Positions 55,548 through 63,928 of a DNA stretch of 64,000 nucleotides are shown in pieces. Within the stretch, counting starts at the first letter, position 1; every line of letters begins with the position of its first letter. The notes under the pieces are model-generated. The model saw nothing but the letters and a program-made list of their open reading frames with translations, had not been told where the DNA came from and searched no databases. A program made the position numbers and the translations under genes. The DNA is from an uncultured Chloroflexia bacterium (GTDB lineage Bacteria > Chloroflexota > Limnocylindria > Limnocylindrales > CSP1-4), in contig CAVPRZ010000004.1 in the NCBI GenBank assembly GCA_963708065.1, positions 511,863-575,862 on the forward strand, given 5' to 3'.

Positions 55548-56294
55548 TCAGGTCTGCCGGGGGCGACGGAGGACGAGCAGCAGAGCGGCGCCGCCGAGGA
55601 TGACCCCGAGCGCTCCGGCGAGGAGTCCCACGACAAGGGCGCTCGACGCCGCGTCGCGTGCCTGCGACGCGTTGGACTGGGCCGCGCTCACGGCGTCTGC
55701 GAGGGCGGCGTCCTGGCTCGGTGTCGAGGCGGCCGGCGAGGCGGCCGGCGCCGGGCTCGCCGACAGCCGGGCGTTGATCCGATCCAGGTTCGTCGTGACC
55801 TCGGTCAGCGACGGGAGCTTGGCCGGGAACTGGATGTCGGTGTCGTCGACGGCGGAGTTGAAGGTCGACTCGCTCGAGGTCGCCGTCTCATCGACCGTCG
55901 TGTCGTGGACCTTGCCGGTCAGGTGGAAGGTATAGTCCCCGGGCACCGTCGGGATCAGGGGCGCTTCGTAGTCGCCGGGCGTCCCCAGACCGGTATCCTC
56001 GTCGTACGTGGCGACGAGGTCGAGTGGAGCCGAGTCCTGGCCGCCCACGCTCACGACGATCTTGAGGTCGCCGTCGGCGATATCGGTGACGGGTTTGCCG
56101 CGGGCATCCTTGACGACGACTTGCACGGCATTGAGCTGGCCGACATAGGTCGGTTCGTGGACCCAGCCCAGGGCCACGCTGTACGGTCCGAAGTCCTTCA
56201 GGACGTGGGCCTGCGCCGAGCCGACGATGAGGGCGGCTGCAACGGCCGCGGTGGGCAGGGCGACGCCCAGGCGTCGCAATCGAGAAGTCTGCAT
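55548..56294 (-). CDS. Exported protein with predicted mature N-terminal His and C-terminal TM anchor (putative Cu-binding)
   Basis: Signal peptide AQA-H; GWVHEP; PTVPGDYTFHL; TM plus RRPR tail; GGAGG RBS. Confidence 0.75.
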   Translation of the reverse strand: MQTSRLRRLGVALPTAAVAAALIVGSAQAHVLKDFGPYSVALGWVHEPTYVGQLNAVQVVVKDARGKPVTDIADGDLKIVVSVGGQDSAPLDLVATYDEDTGLGTPGDYEAPLIPTVPGDYTFHLTGKVHDTTVDETATSSESTFNSAVDDTDIQFPAKLPSLTEVTTNLDRINARLSASPAPAASPAASTPSQDAALADAVSAAQSNASQARDAASSALVVGLLAGALGVILGGAALLLVLRRPRQT

Positions 56295-56296
56295 TG

Positions 56297-56441
56297 GAGC
56301 CTCCGCCGGCGCACCTCGCCCGAAGGTCGAGGGCCGATTGATCGCTGTCGGTATTGGGCGCCGCATCTGCGGTCCGCGGTCGCTTTCCGCACTCGCGTGA
56401 CGGTCGCGACCTCAGAGAGCGATCGGGCGAGGAGGGGCTCT
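56297..56441 (-). promoter_or_regulatory. RBS-sequestering structure overlapping RAPP codons of the leader gene
   Basis: CCTCGCCCGA (56432-56423) complementary to TCGGGCGAGG (56323-56314); GAGCC in the RAPP codons complementary to GGCTC at the GGAGGCTC RBS. Confidence 0.6.
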
Positions 56442-57062
56442 CCCGGCGATCTGGTGACTGACGATCGCGCCGTGGCGCGGGTTGATCCAGGGTAGATTCG
56501 GTCGAGCCGACGACTGTCGGGCGCGCGTCCAGCGAGCCCGAGCCGACACGATCCGCGCGATCAGCACTTCCCGGCGCCAGCGATACAGGCCTTCCACGAG
56601 GGCGGCGGCAAACGCGACCCCGGCGAAGACTGCAAGCGTGTCGTGATAGTCGCCCGAACCCAGGACGCTCAGACCGGGCGCCACCAGCCCGGCAGCAACG
56701 TGCTCGAGATTCTCGGCTGCGACAAACAGAACGAGCGCGCCGATCAGGACCTGCAGCCACGCCCGACCGATCAGTCGGATCGTCGTTCGGATCCCAGCCC
56801 AGGGGCTCTCAGCGCCGTCGAGGGCGCGCCCGAGCCTGGACAGTTGGGCCAGGCGTAGCGCGCCCGCAGCCACGAGCGCGAGCGCGAGGACCACGACCAG
56901 GGCGACGGTGGCCGTCCAGTGAGCGCCGTGACCAGTCCTTGCGAGCGCAGCGCCGGAGCCTTCGCCATACGTGAGCAGGAATGTCAGGTTGTGGGCGAGC
57001 GCGAACACGACGAGCGCCAGCGCCGCGGTCCGCGCTCGGTCACGCCAGGGATTCGATGTCAC
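56412..57062 (-). CDS. Four-TM His-containing membrane protein ending in RAPP motif (putative arrest-peptide leader)
   Basis: LAHNL, GHGAHW, ENLEH; C-terminus IAGRAPPRPIAL*; TAGAGT -10 box 6 nt before GTG. Confidence 0.75.
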   Translation of the reverse strand: MTSNPWRDRARTAALALVVFALAHNLTFLLTYGEGSGAALARTGHGAHWTATVALVVVLALALVAAGALRLAQLSRLGRALDGAESPWAGIRTTIRLIGRAWLQVLIGALVLFVAAENLEHVAAGLVAPGLSVLGSGDYHDTLAVFAGVAFAAALVEGLYRWRREVLIARIVSARARWTRARQSSARPNLPWINPRHGAIVSHQIAGRAPPRPIAL

Positions 57063-57724
57063 CCCGTGACTCTACGCGACGATGCTCAGGAACGCCCAAA
57101 CTGGCGGTTGGAGGCCCGGCGAGGACGGATCAGTCATCTACCTGCCGCCCCTGCTGCCGCCCTCGCTCCTTCCTCACGGGTAGCGCCCCTCGGTACGTGG
57201 CGTCGCACTCTCGGTTGCGCTGTCCGGCGGGCCGAGTCCGGCGACAGGCAATCGACCGACTCGGGCCAGGGTCGTGCGCATGGGACGCCCCCGATGGAAG
57301 TGCGGCCCAACCGACGGGGGACCATCGGTCGGGCACTGATCCAACCCTCGGCACTCGAGCCGGTGATCGCTGCCCTCCGGTCGTACCACCGAGCCCAGCC
57401 GATCGGAGCGGTCTTCCAGGCCCTATCCATCACCCGACGATGAGTCGCGGGGTTCCGCCTCGGAGGGCGTGGCAGCCCCTCCGGGAGGCAGGTCAGTTTC
57501 GCACGAACGAGGCGGCAATCCGCCGACGAACGGAGAGGCCGCCGTCGAGGGATACAGATCCCCGGGCGGCGGCCCGATGAGTCCGGGTGGCCTCTTCGCC
57601 GGCGGTGGCCGGACGGTGGGGACGGGCCCTCGTAACGCGTCTCGGTCACGGAGGGTGGCGGCTGGCCATCCTCCGGGCCGGCACGGGTCACGCGGTTCCG
57701 CACACAGCCTCAGACTCGACCGTA

Positions 57725-57818
57725 AGCGTACGCCTCCGGGCGCCGCAGGCAAGTCCAGATCGGTCCCCCCGATTGGGCCGATGGACCCCCTTGAATCGCC
57801 CCGTGCCCGTGCTATGCT
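57725..57818. promoter_or_regulatory. Back-to-back sigma70-like promoters
   Basis: Minus strand TTGCCT-N16-TACGCT (57752-57725); plus strand TTGAAT-N16-TATGCT with TGn extension (57791-57818). Confidence 0.45.
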
Positions 57819-57871
57819 CCGCGACCCGTCGTTCGACGGCCGGCACCTCCACCAGAGGATCGGGATCGACC

Positions 57872-59346
57872 TTGCCCGCACGCTCAGCGTCGCCCTCGCC
57901 GACCGTCGCGGCCAGCGCCACTGAGGCGCTCCCCATCCCGTCGACCGCTCCGACCACCGCCCAGCTGGCCCTCGGCCTGCCCGGCCTCGCGCCGATCGAG
58001 CTGCCCGCGCTCGCGATCGCCCCCGAGTGGAAGGACCAGCAGCGCCTGTGGGGCCACCGGCTCCATCCCGATGTGCTCGTACCTGGCGAGCTTCCCGGCC
58101 GCCCTCGCCCATGCCTTCATCGCCCGCTACTCCCGCCCCGGCGACGTCGTCCTCGACCCGTTCAGCGGGCGCGGGACGACCCCGCTCCAGGCCTGCGCCG
58201 AGGGCCGGATCGGCGTCGGCAACGACCTCAACCCGTTCGCCCACCTGCTGACGGCCGCCAAGGTCGAGCCCGCCTCGGAGGCCGAGACGCGGGTCCGGCT
58301 GACGTCGCTCCGGCTGCGCTGGGCCGGCGAGGCCGACGCGTGGTTTCGGCTCGCGCTCGAGGTGCTCGGCGCGGCCGGCCCGGACGGGGCGCGCGTGCCG
58401 CCCGCCGGGAGCGGGCTCCGACCGGGCGACGACGGGGCCGCGGCCGAGCCGGTCCCGGTCGAGGTCGCGCTGAGCTTCCACCCGCGGACCTTCGCCCAGC
58501 TCCTGTTCGTCCGCTCGGCGCTCCGGCTCGACGATCGGGTCGACCGGTTCCTCGCCGCCGCGATCACCGGCATCCTCCACGGCAAGAGCGCGACCTACCT
58601 CTCGGAGGTCATGCCCAACACGTTCAGCATGGCCCCCCGCTACGTCCGCGAGTTCGTGGCCCGGACCGGCTTCCGGTCGCCGGAGCGCGACGTCTTCGAC
58701 TGCCTCGAGGCCAAGCTCGGCCGGCTCCATCGCGAGCCGCTCCCGCCGGTCCGCGGGATCGCCCTGCTCGGGGATGCCCGCGACGCCGGCGTCCGGGCGC
58801 AGGCCGCCCTGCGCGAACGGGGTCTCCCGGATCGGGCCCGGCTGGTCGTCACGTCGCCGCCCTACCTGCGGGTCGTGAAGTACGGCTACTACAACTGGCT
58901 CCGCACCTGGTTCCTCGGGTTCGACGCCGCCGCGATCGACGCGGCGCTCGACGACGCCCACCACAAGACGGCCTACCTGCAGTTCCTCCGCGACGCGCTC
59001 GACGGCCTCCGGCCGGCCCTCGCCGACGATGCGGTCGTCGTGCTCGTCATCGGCGACGTCGAGGCCGACCGCGGCCGGCGGATCGCCCACGGCATCGGGC
59101 TGGCCGAGGCGGTCTGGGAGGCGGTCGGCCGCACCGGCCGGCTACCGCCTCGCGGGGATCGCCCTCGACGACGTCCATGCCGGCCGGAAGATGACCAAGC
59201 TGTGGGGCGACGAGGCCGGGCAGGCGACCAAGCTCGACCGGATCCTCGTGCTGGGCGCGTCGGAGGCCGGGCGCCGCCGGGCCGTCAACGGGGCCGGCCT
59301 GCCGGTCGACTGGGAGTGGCCGCCTCGGCGCCTGCGTGCCGTGTAG
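57872..59346 (+). CDS. Orphan DNA amino-methyltransferase (N4-C/N6-A; frameshifts near 58070 and 59130)
   Basis: HPMCSYLASFP, VLDPFSGRGTT (motif I), later VTSPPY (motif IV), VIGD. Confidence 0.88.
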
Positions 59347-59357
59347 GATTCCGCCCC

Positions 59358-59585
59358 ATGGAGCGGATGTACGACCCCGGCGAGCTCGCGGCCATGGACC
59401 CGCTGGTCCTCATGAAGAACCTCGACCACGTCCGGATGACGAGCCGGCGCCTCAGCTACATCCTCCAGCAGCAGGTCCATCTCTACGCGCCCGAGGCGAA
59501 CCAGCTCCGCGACCAGATCGACCGCTACGTCGAGGCCGAGCGCCAGATCGAGGGCGAGATGGCCCGCCGCCGGATCCGCGCCTGA
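59358..59585 (+). CDS. Small helical hypothetical protein (75 aa)
   Basis: Host-like codon usage; TAGGAT -10 box 8 nt before ATG; coiled-coil-like C-terminus. Confidence 0.75.
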   Translation: MERMYDPGELAAMDPLVLMKNLDHVRMTSRRLSYILQQQVHLYAPEANQLRDQIDRYVEAERQIEGEMARRRIRA

Positions 59586-59673
59586 CGGTCGGGCGAACCC
59601 CGGCACGCGGCCCATCTGACGGTCCTGGGCTGACCCCACCGCAGGGCACGGGACCCCATCGCCGGACGAGACA

Positions 59674-59700
59674 GGACCCCCGACCACGGGACGGGGGTCC
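59674..59700. terminator. Hairpin between convergent genes
   Basis: GGACCCCCG-N9-CGGGGGTCC. Confidence 0.55.
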
Positions 59701-59741
59701 AGGGATGAGTCCGGTTCGTCGCCCCACCTCGGGCGACTGGC

Positions 59742-60311
59742 TCAGGTCGCGGTCGCGGCGCTCCTGATCATCGACGGGGGCAGGGCGGGCCGGGTGGGCG
59801 TCGATCCGCCGGCGGGCGACGATCCGCCGGCGGGGGCGACGACGGGCTCGACCGATCCGGACCCGGACACCGACGCTGGCTCGACCGATGCGACGGCTCC
59901 GACGGCGACGATCGCCGGCTCAGCCGACGCGGGCCCGGATGCCGTGAGGATCGGCACGTCGATGACGGGTTCGTCGGGCACCGCCGCGATCCTGACCTCG
60001 ATCGCATCCGCGGCCGTGGACTCGACCGCGTGCGCAGCCGACCGACCGACCCGACCCCGCCGGTCGCCCTCCTCGGAGGCGACCTGGCCGGCGATCCGGG
60101 CCAGCTCGAGCGTCTGGTGAAGGCTGAACCCGATCCCGTGCTCCTCGAGCTCGGCGAATCGCCAGCCACGATACAGCCCGCGACCGGCGACGGCGCACAT
60201 CTCGTCGTACAGCTCCGGCCAGCCGACCCTTCGGCGCCGGTAGCAGAAACGGACGAAATCAATCGCGTCCGGAGACAGGCTCGGCGCTTCTACAGGCCTG
60301 CTGGAATCCAT
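59742..60311 (-). CDS. Hypothetical protein (folded N-domain plus low-complexity tail)
   Basis: GAGGAGGG upstream; DFVRFCYRRRRVGWPELYDEMCAVA.RGLYRGW. Confidence 0.75.
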   Translation of the reverse strand: MDSSRPVEAPSLSPDAIDFVRFCYRRRRVGWPELYDEMCAVAGRGLYRGWRFAELEEHGIGFSLHQTLELARIAGQVASEEGDRRGRVGRSAAHAVESTAADAIEVRIAAVPDEPVIDVPILTASGPASAEPAIVAVGAVASVEPASVSGSGSVEPVVAPAGGSSPAGGSTPTRPALPPSMIRSAATAT

Positions 60312-60470
60312 ACGATACGGTCCCTCCTCTCCTCGGCTCTCAGGGCGCGCTCGACCGCGGAAGCGGGCGGTCCGACCGCAGTTCGACGGGGTCCCGGCGA
60401 CCCTTCTCCCGGAGGGTCCGACGCCGTAGGGACTCATGGTAGGAGCCGCCGTCGGCGCGCGGTAGGGGGT

Positions 60471-60503
60471 TTGTCCACCATCTCGTCCACCAACTTATCC
60501 ACA
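60471..60503 (+). promoter_or_regulatory. Three tandem DnaA-box-like 9-mers at 12-bp period
   Basis: TTGTCCACC (60471), TCGTCCACC (60483), perfect TTATCCACA (60495). Confidence 0.7.
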
Positions 60504-60597
60504 CGAACGGGCGTTCGAGGGCCGGACGGTGCGGAACCGTGGGGTGGGCGGTGGAGGATGGCGCTGAACCGTCGGGTCCGGCACTGACCTGACCGCT

Positions 60598-61647
60598 TCA
60601 GGCCCTGCGGTGGACCCCGAGGCCGGGCTTGTCGGTCAGGCGCCAGCGGCAGTCGTCGCCGAGCTCCAGGCCCGTGAACGGGTCGGCCGCCAGGAGCAGG
60701 CAGCCGTCGAGATCGACCCACTCGGCCAGCGACGCGACGGCCGCCGAGGCGGCGATCCCGACGGTCGTCTCCTCCATGCAGCCCAGGAACGTCCGGAAGC
60801 CGAGCTCGCGCGCCCGGGCGAGCATCCGGGCCGCCGGGCCCACCCCGCCGCACTTCGCCAGCTTGACGTTGACCCCGTCGACGACCCCGACCAACGCGTC
60901 GAGGTCGTCGATCGTGACCGCGCTCTCGTCGGCCACGATGGGCAGCGACGAGGCCGCCTGGAGGGCTGCCAGGTCGTCGAGGCGACGGGCCGGGAAGGGT
61001 TGCTCGATGAGCTCGACCCCGTGGCGGACCAGCTCCGGCAGGAGCCGCTTGCCGCCCTCGAGGGTCCAGGCGGTGTTGGCGTCCACCCGGAGCGGCCCGG
61101 CGTAGACCGCGCGGACGGCGGCCAGCGTCTCGAGGTCGGCCGGCCCGCCGAGCTTGATCTTGAGCGCCGGGAACCGGACGGCGCGGGTCGCCCGCTCGGC
61201 GACGACGGCGGGCTCGTCGATCCCGAGCGTGAAGTCCGTCGGCGGGATCTCGGCCGACAGGCCGAGCAGCGCATGGACGGGGGTCCCGAGGACCTTGCCG
61301 GCCAGGTCGTGGAGGGCGATGTCGAGCGCGCACTTGGCCGCTCCGTGGTGGGCGATCCGGGCGTCCATCGCCGCCGCCGCCGCGATCAGTCCCGCCGCCG
61401 ACAGCTCGACGTCGCCGACGGCCTCGACGAGGAGCGGCAGGACGGCCCCGATCGTCTCGACCGTCTCGCCGTAGTAGGCGTCGGGGAACCCCTCGCCGTA
61501 CCCGACGAGGCCCGGGCAGTCGTCGGAGCGGACCTCGACGATCACGGTCTCGGCGACGCCGGTCACGTTCGATTCGTCGGTCCGGGCGATCCGGAACGGG
61601 TCGCGGAACGGGATCCGGACGACCTCGTGGGCCAGATGGAGGGTCAT
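60598..61647 (-). CDS. Dipeptide epimerase (L-Ala-D/L-Glu epimerase-like, enolase superfamily)
   Basis: LKIKLG, RVDAN, IEQP, ADES, NVKLAKCGG and DLDG motifs. Confidence 0.92.
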   Translation of the reverse strand: MTLHLAHEVVRIPFRDPFRIARTDESNVTGVAETVIVEVRSDDCPGLVGYGEGFPDAYYGETVETIGAVLPLLVEAVGDVELSAAGLIAAAAAMDARIAHHGAAKCALDIALHDLAGKVLGTPVHALLGLSAEIPPTDFTLGIDEPAVVAERATRAVRFPALKIKLGGPADLETLAAVRAVYAGPLRVDANTAWTLEGGKRLLPELVRHGVELIEQPFPARRLDDLAALQAASSLPIVADESAVTIDDLDALVGVVDGVNVKLAKCGGVGPAARMLARARELGFRTFLGCMEETTVGIAASAAVASLAEWVDLDGCLLLAADPFTGLELGDDCRWRLTDKPGLGVHRRA

Positions 61648-62723
61648 GACCCGGGCTCGAGCGCCGCGCGGATCGCGGCGAACAGGCGGGCGCCCCCGAA
61701 GCGGTATGGATCGTCGGTCGGCAGTCCGGTCAGCTCGGCCGTCTCGGCGATGACCCGCCGGGCGTCGCCGTCGTCGGGGTAGAGGGAGGTGTTGAGCGCC
61801 ACCGCGACGACCTTCGAGGGGGCGACCATGCCCGCGACCTGCTCGTGGAGCCGGATGAACTCCGGCAGCGGGGCGATCGGGAACGAGCGGTCGGGCAGGT
61901 GGTCGAAGTCGTGGTCGGCCAGGCCCGGCCGGTGGACCATGACCATCGCCTCCGGGGTACAGCCGTGGATCAGCCCGAGGGTGACGCTCGAGTAGGCCGG
62001 GTGGTCGAGCGAGCCCTGGCCCTCGACGATGATCCAGTCGCCGAGCTCCTCGGCCTGCTCGACGAGCCACTCGCAGGTGCCCTGGAGGAAGTCGGCGATG
62101 ACCCGGTCGACGGCGACGCCCCAGCCCTCGATCATCATCCCGGTCTGGCCGGTCGGTACGAAGACTCCGCTCAGGCCCGCCTCGACGGCCGCCCGGCGGA
62201 GCTCGAGAGCGACCGACATCTTGCCGATCGCGCAGTCGGTCCCGACGGTCAGGATCACGTGCTTGCCTGGTCCATGGAGCCGACCGACGGCGGTCTCGAG
62301 CCGGTCCGGCGGGCGCCGGTAGTCGACGATCCGGGCGCCGGAAGCGCTCGCGGCCGCAACGAACTCCGGATCGTCGCCGATGAACGTGTGGAGGCCGCTC
62401 AGGACGTCGAGCCCCGCGCCGAGCGCGGCGATGATCGTCGCTCGCCAGTCGGGCGGCAGCCGGCCGCCGGTCGGGGCGATCCCGATGAGCAGCGCGTCGG
62501 GCTCGAGCGCGAGCGCCTCGCCGAGCGTGGCGACCGCCGGCACGTCGAAGCGCGGGTCGAGGCCGACGAACTCGCTCGCCCGATGACCGGCGATCGAGGA
62601 GTCGAGCAGGCCGACGACGGTGTCCCGTCCGTAGCGCATGACCCCGAGCGCGGTCTTGGCGTTGTGGGCCCGGAACTGGCCCTCGGTCAGGATGACGAGC
62701 CGGCGATCGGGCGACGGGCGCAT
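61644..62723 (-). CDS. DUF1611 domain protein
   Basis: AKTALG, SGLH, VGTDCAIGKM, TGQTG and VEGQGSL.HPAYS motifs. Confidence 0.92.
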   Translation of the reverse strand: MRPSPDRRLVILTEGQFRAHNAKTALGVMRYGRDTVVGLLDSSIAGHRASEFVGLDPRFDVPAVATLGEALALEPDALLIGIAPTGGRLPPDWRATIIAALGAGLDVLSGLHTFIGDDPEFVAAASASGARIVDYRRPPDRLETAVGRLHGPGKHVILTVGTDCAIGKMSVALELRRAAVEAGLSGVFVPTGQTGMMIEGWGVAVDRVIADFLQGTCEWLVEQAEELGDWIIVEGQGSLDHPAYSSVTLGLIHGCTPEAMVMVHRPGLADHDFDHLPDRSFPIAPLPEFIRLHEQVAGMVAPSKVVAVALNTSLYPDDGDARRVIAETAELTGLPTDDPYRFGGARLFAAIRAALEPGS

Positions 62724-62773
62724 GGGACCTCGAGGGGCCGGCCCGGACGGGCGGCAGGTCGGGACGGGACGGT

Positions 62774-62850
62774 TGGTACCGCATACCGGATTCGAACCGG
62801 TGATCTCCGCCTTGAGAGGGCGGTGTCCTGGGCCTCTAGACGAATGCGGC
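62774..62850 (-). tRNA. tRNA-Glu (CTC)
   Basis: GCCGCAT-TCGTCTAGAGG...CT-CTC-AA...GGTTCGAATCC...ACCA. Confidence 0.95.
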
Positions 62851-62954
62851 GCCGCGATCGAGGACCGGCGCCGAGCGCCGGACCGGCCGGGATGATACCC
62901 CGATCGGCCGACGCCGGGCAAACCCAGCAGGACCGGCCGAGACCCTCGTCGGCG

Positions 62955-63875
62955 TTACAGCCGGTGCTGCTCGAGGAAGGCCCGGACGGCTTCCGCGACC
63001 TGGAGGTAGCTCGTCTCGCCGACGACCAGGCCGTAGTGGGAGTGAGCCCCGAACGGCTCGTACGGGGCGTCGAGCCAGGCCGCCAGGCGCTCGCTGTCGG
63101 GCTCCGGGACCTGGCGATCGAGCCCGCCGCCGATGACCAGCCTGGGCACCCCGGCCACCGCGCGTCGGTCGATCGGGACGCCGGCCAGCATCTGCCGCCG
63201 CGCCGCGCCCGCCTCGTTCGGCTTCTGGCCGAGCAGGTGCTGGATCCGCAGGACGTCGGCCAGGGTCAGGTCGCGCCGCTCGCGCTGGAGCTTCTCGGGC
63301 AGCGTCTCCCAGCCGAGGAGCACCTTGCCGTACGCTTCCGGGATCTCGCGCAGCTCGTGCGGCCGGGCCGGCGGCCGGAGCTCGCGCGGCAGCTCAGCCG
63401 ACAGCAGGACGAGCCCGCCGATCTCGTGCCGCTCGGCGGCCTTGAGGGCGAGCAGCCCACCCATCCCGTGACCGATGACGACCACGCCCGCGCCGAACCG
63501 CTCGATCGCCGCGACGACGTCGTCGGTGTAGGTGTCGAACGAGAGCGTCGCCGGGTCGGCCGTCTGCGACCAGAAATGGTTGCGCAGGTTGAGCGCGTGG
63601 CCCTCCCAGCCGCGACCGGCGAAGTAACCCAGGAAGCGCTCCCAGAGCCACGACCCGGCGAGCTCGCCGTGGACGAACAGGAGCGGCCGCCGACGCGATC
63701 GGCGCTCGGGCAGCCAGGACTCGATGTACAGCCCGCGCTCGACGAGCTCGATCTCGTCCTTGCGAACGGGGCGGCCCGGTTGGGTCGGTGCTGGGGCAGG
63801 TCGAGCGGAGAGGCGGAGGGGGGAATCCGCCTCTCCGCTCGAACCCGGAAGGGGGTCCGGGATCACCTCGGGCAT
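62955..63875 (-). CDS. Alpha/beta hydrolase fold protein; GHGMG at nucleophile elbow
   Basis: LFVHGE, ALNLRNH, VIGHGMGG, GGGLDRQVP and HSHY motifs. Confidence 0.85.
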   Translation of the reverse strand: MPEVIPDPLPGSSGEADSPLRLSARPAPAPTQPGRPVRKDEIELVERGLYIESWLPERRSRRRPLLFVHGELAGSWLWERFLGYFAGRGWEGHALNLRNHFWSQTADPATLSFDTYTDDVVAAIERFGAGVVVIGHGMGGLLALKAAERHEIGGLVLLSAELPRELRPPARPHELREIPEAYGKVLLGWETLPEKLQRERRDLTLADVLRIQHLLGQKPNEAGAARRQMLAGVPIDRRAVAGVPRLVIGGGLDRQVPEPDSERLAAWLDAPYEPFGAHSHYGLVVGETSYLQVAEAVRAFLEQHRL

Positions 63876-63928
63876 GCTACACCTCGAATCTGCGCGCGCG
63901 GGTGGCCTGCGAGCTCGACGTCATCGGG

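Noticed and set aside
57370-57600. T-box (GGTGGTACG) or hammerhead (GATGAG) cores
   Set aside because: T-box consensus GGTGGNACCGCG and hammerhead CUGANGA...GAAA geometry are not met
57847-57854. CTCCACCA as a tmRNA or tRNA 3' end
   Set aside because: No T-arm (GTTCGA-type stem-loop) at the right distance and no matching acceptor stem
60471-60503. DnaA boxes as the chromosomal origin
   Set aside because: Only three boxes, no AT-rich unwinding region, and no dnaA, dnaN or rpmH context
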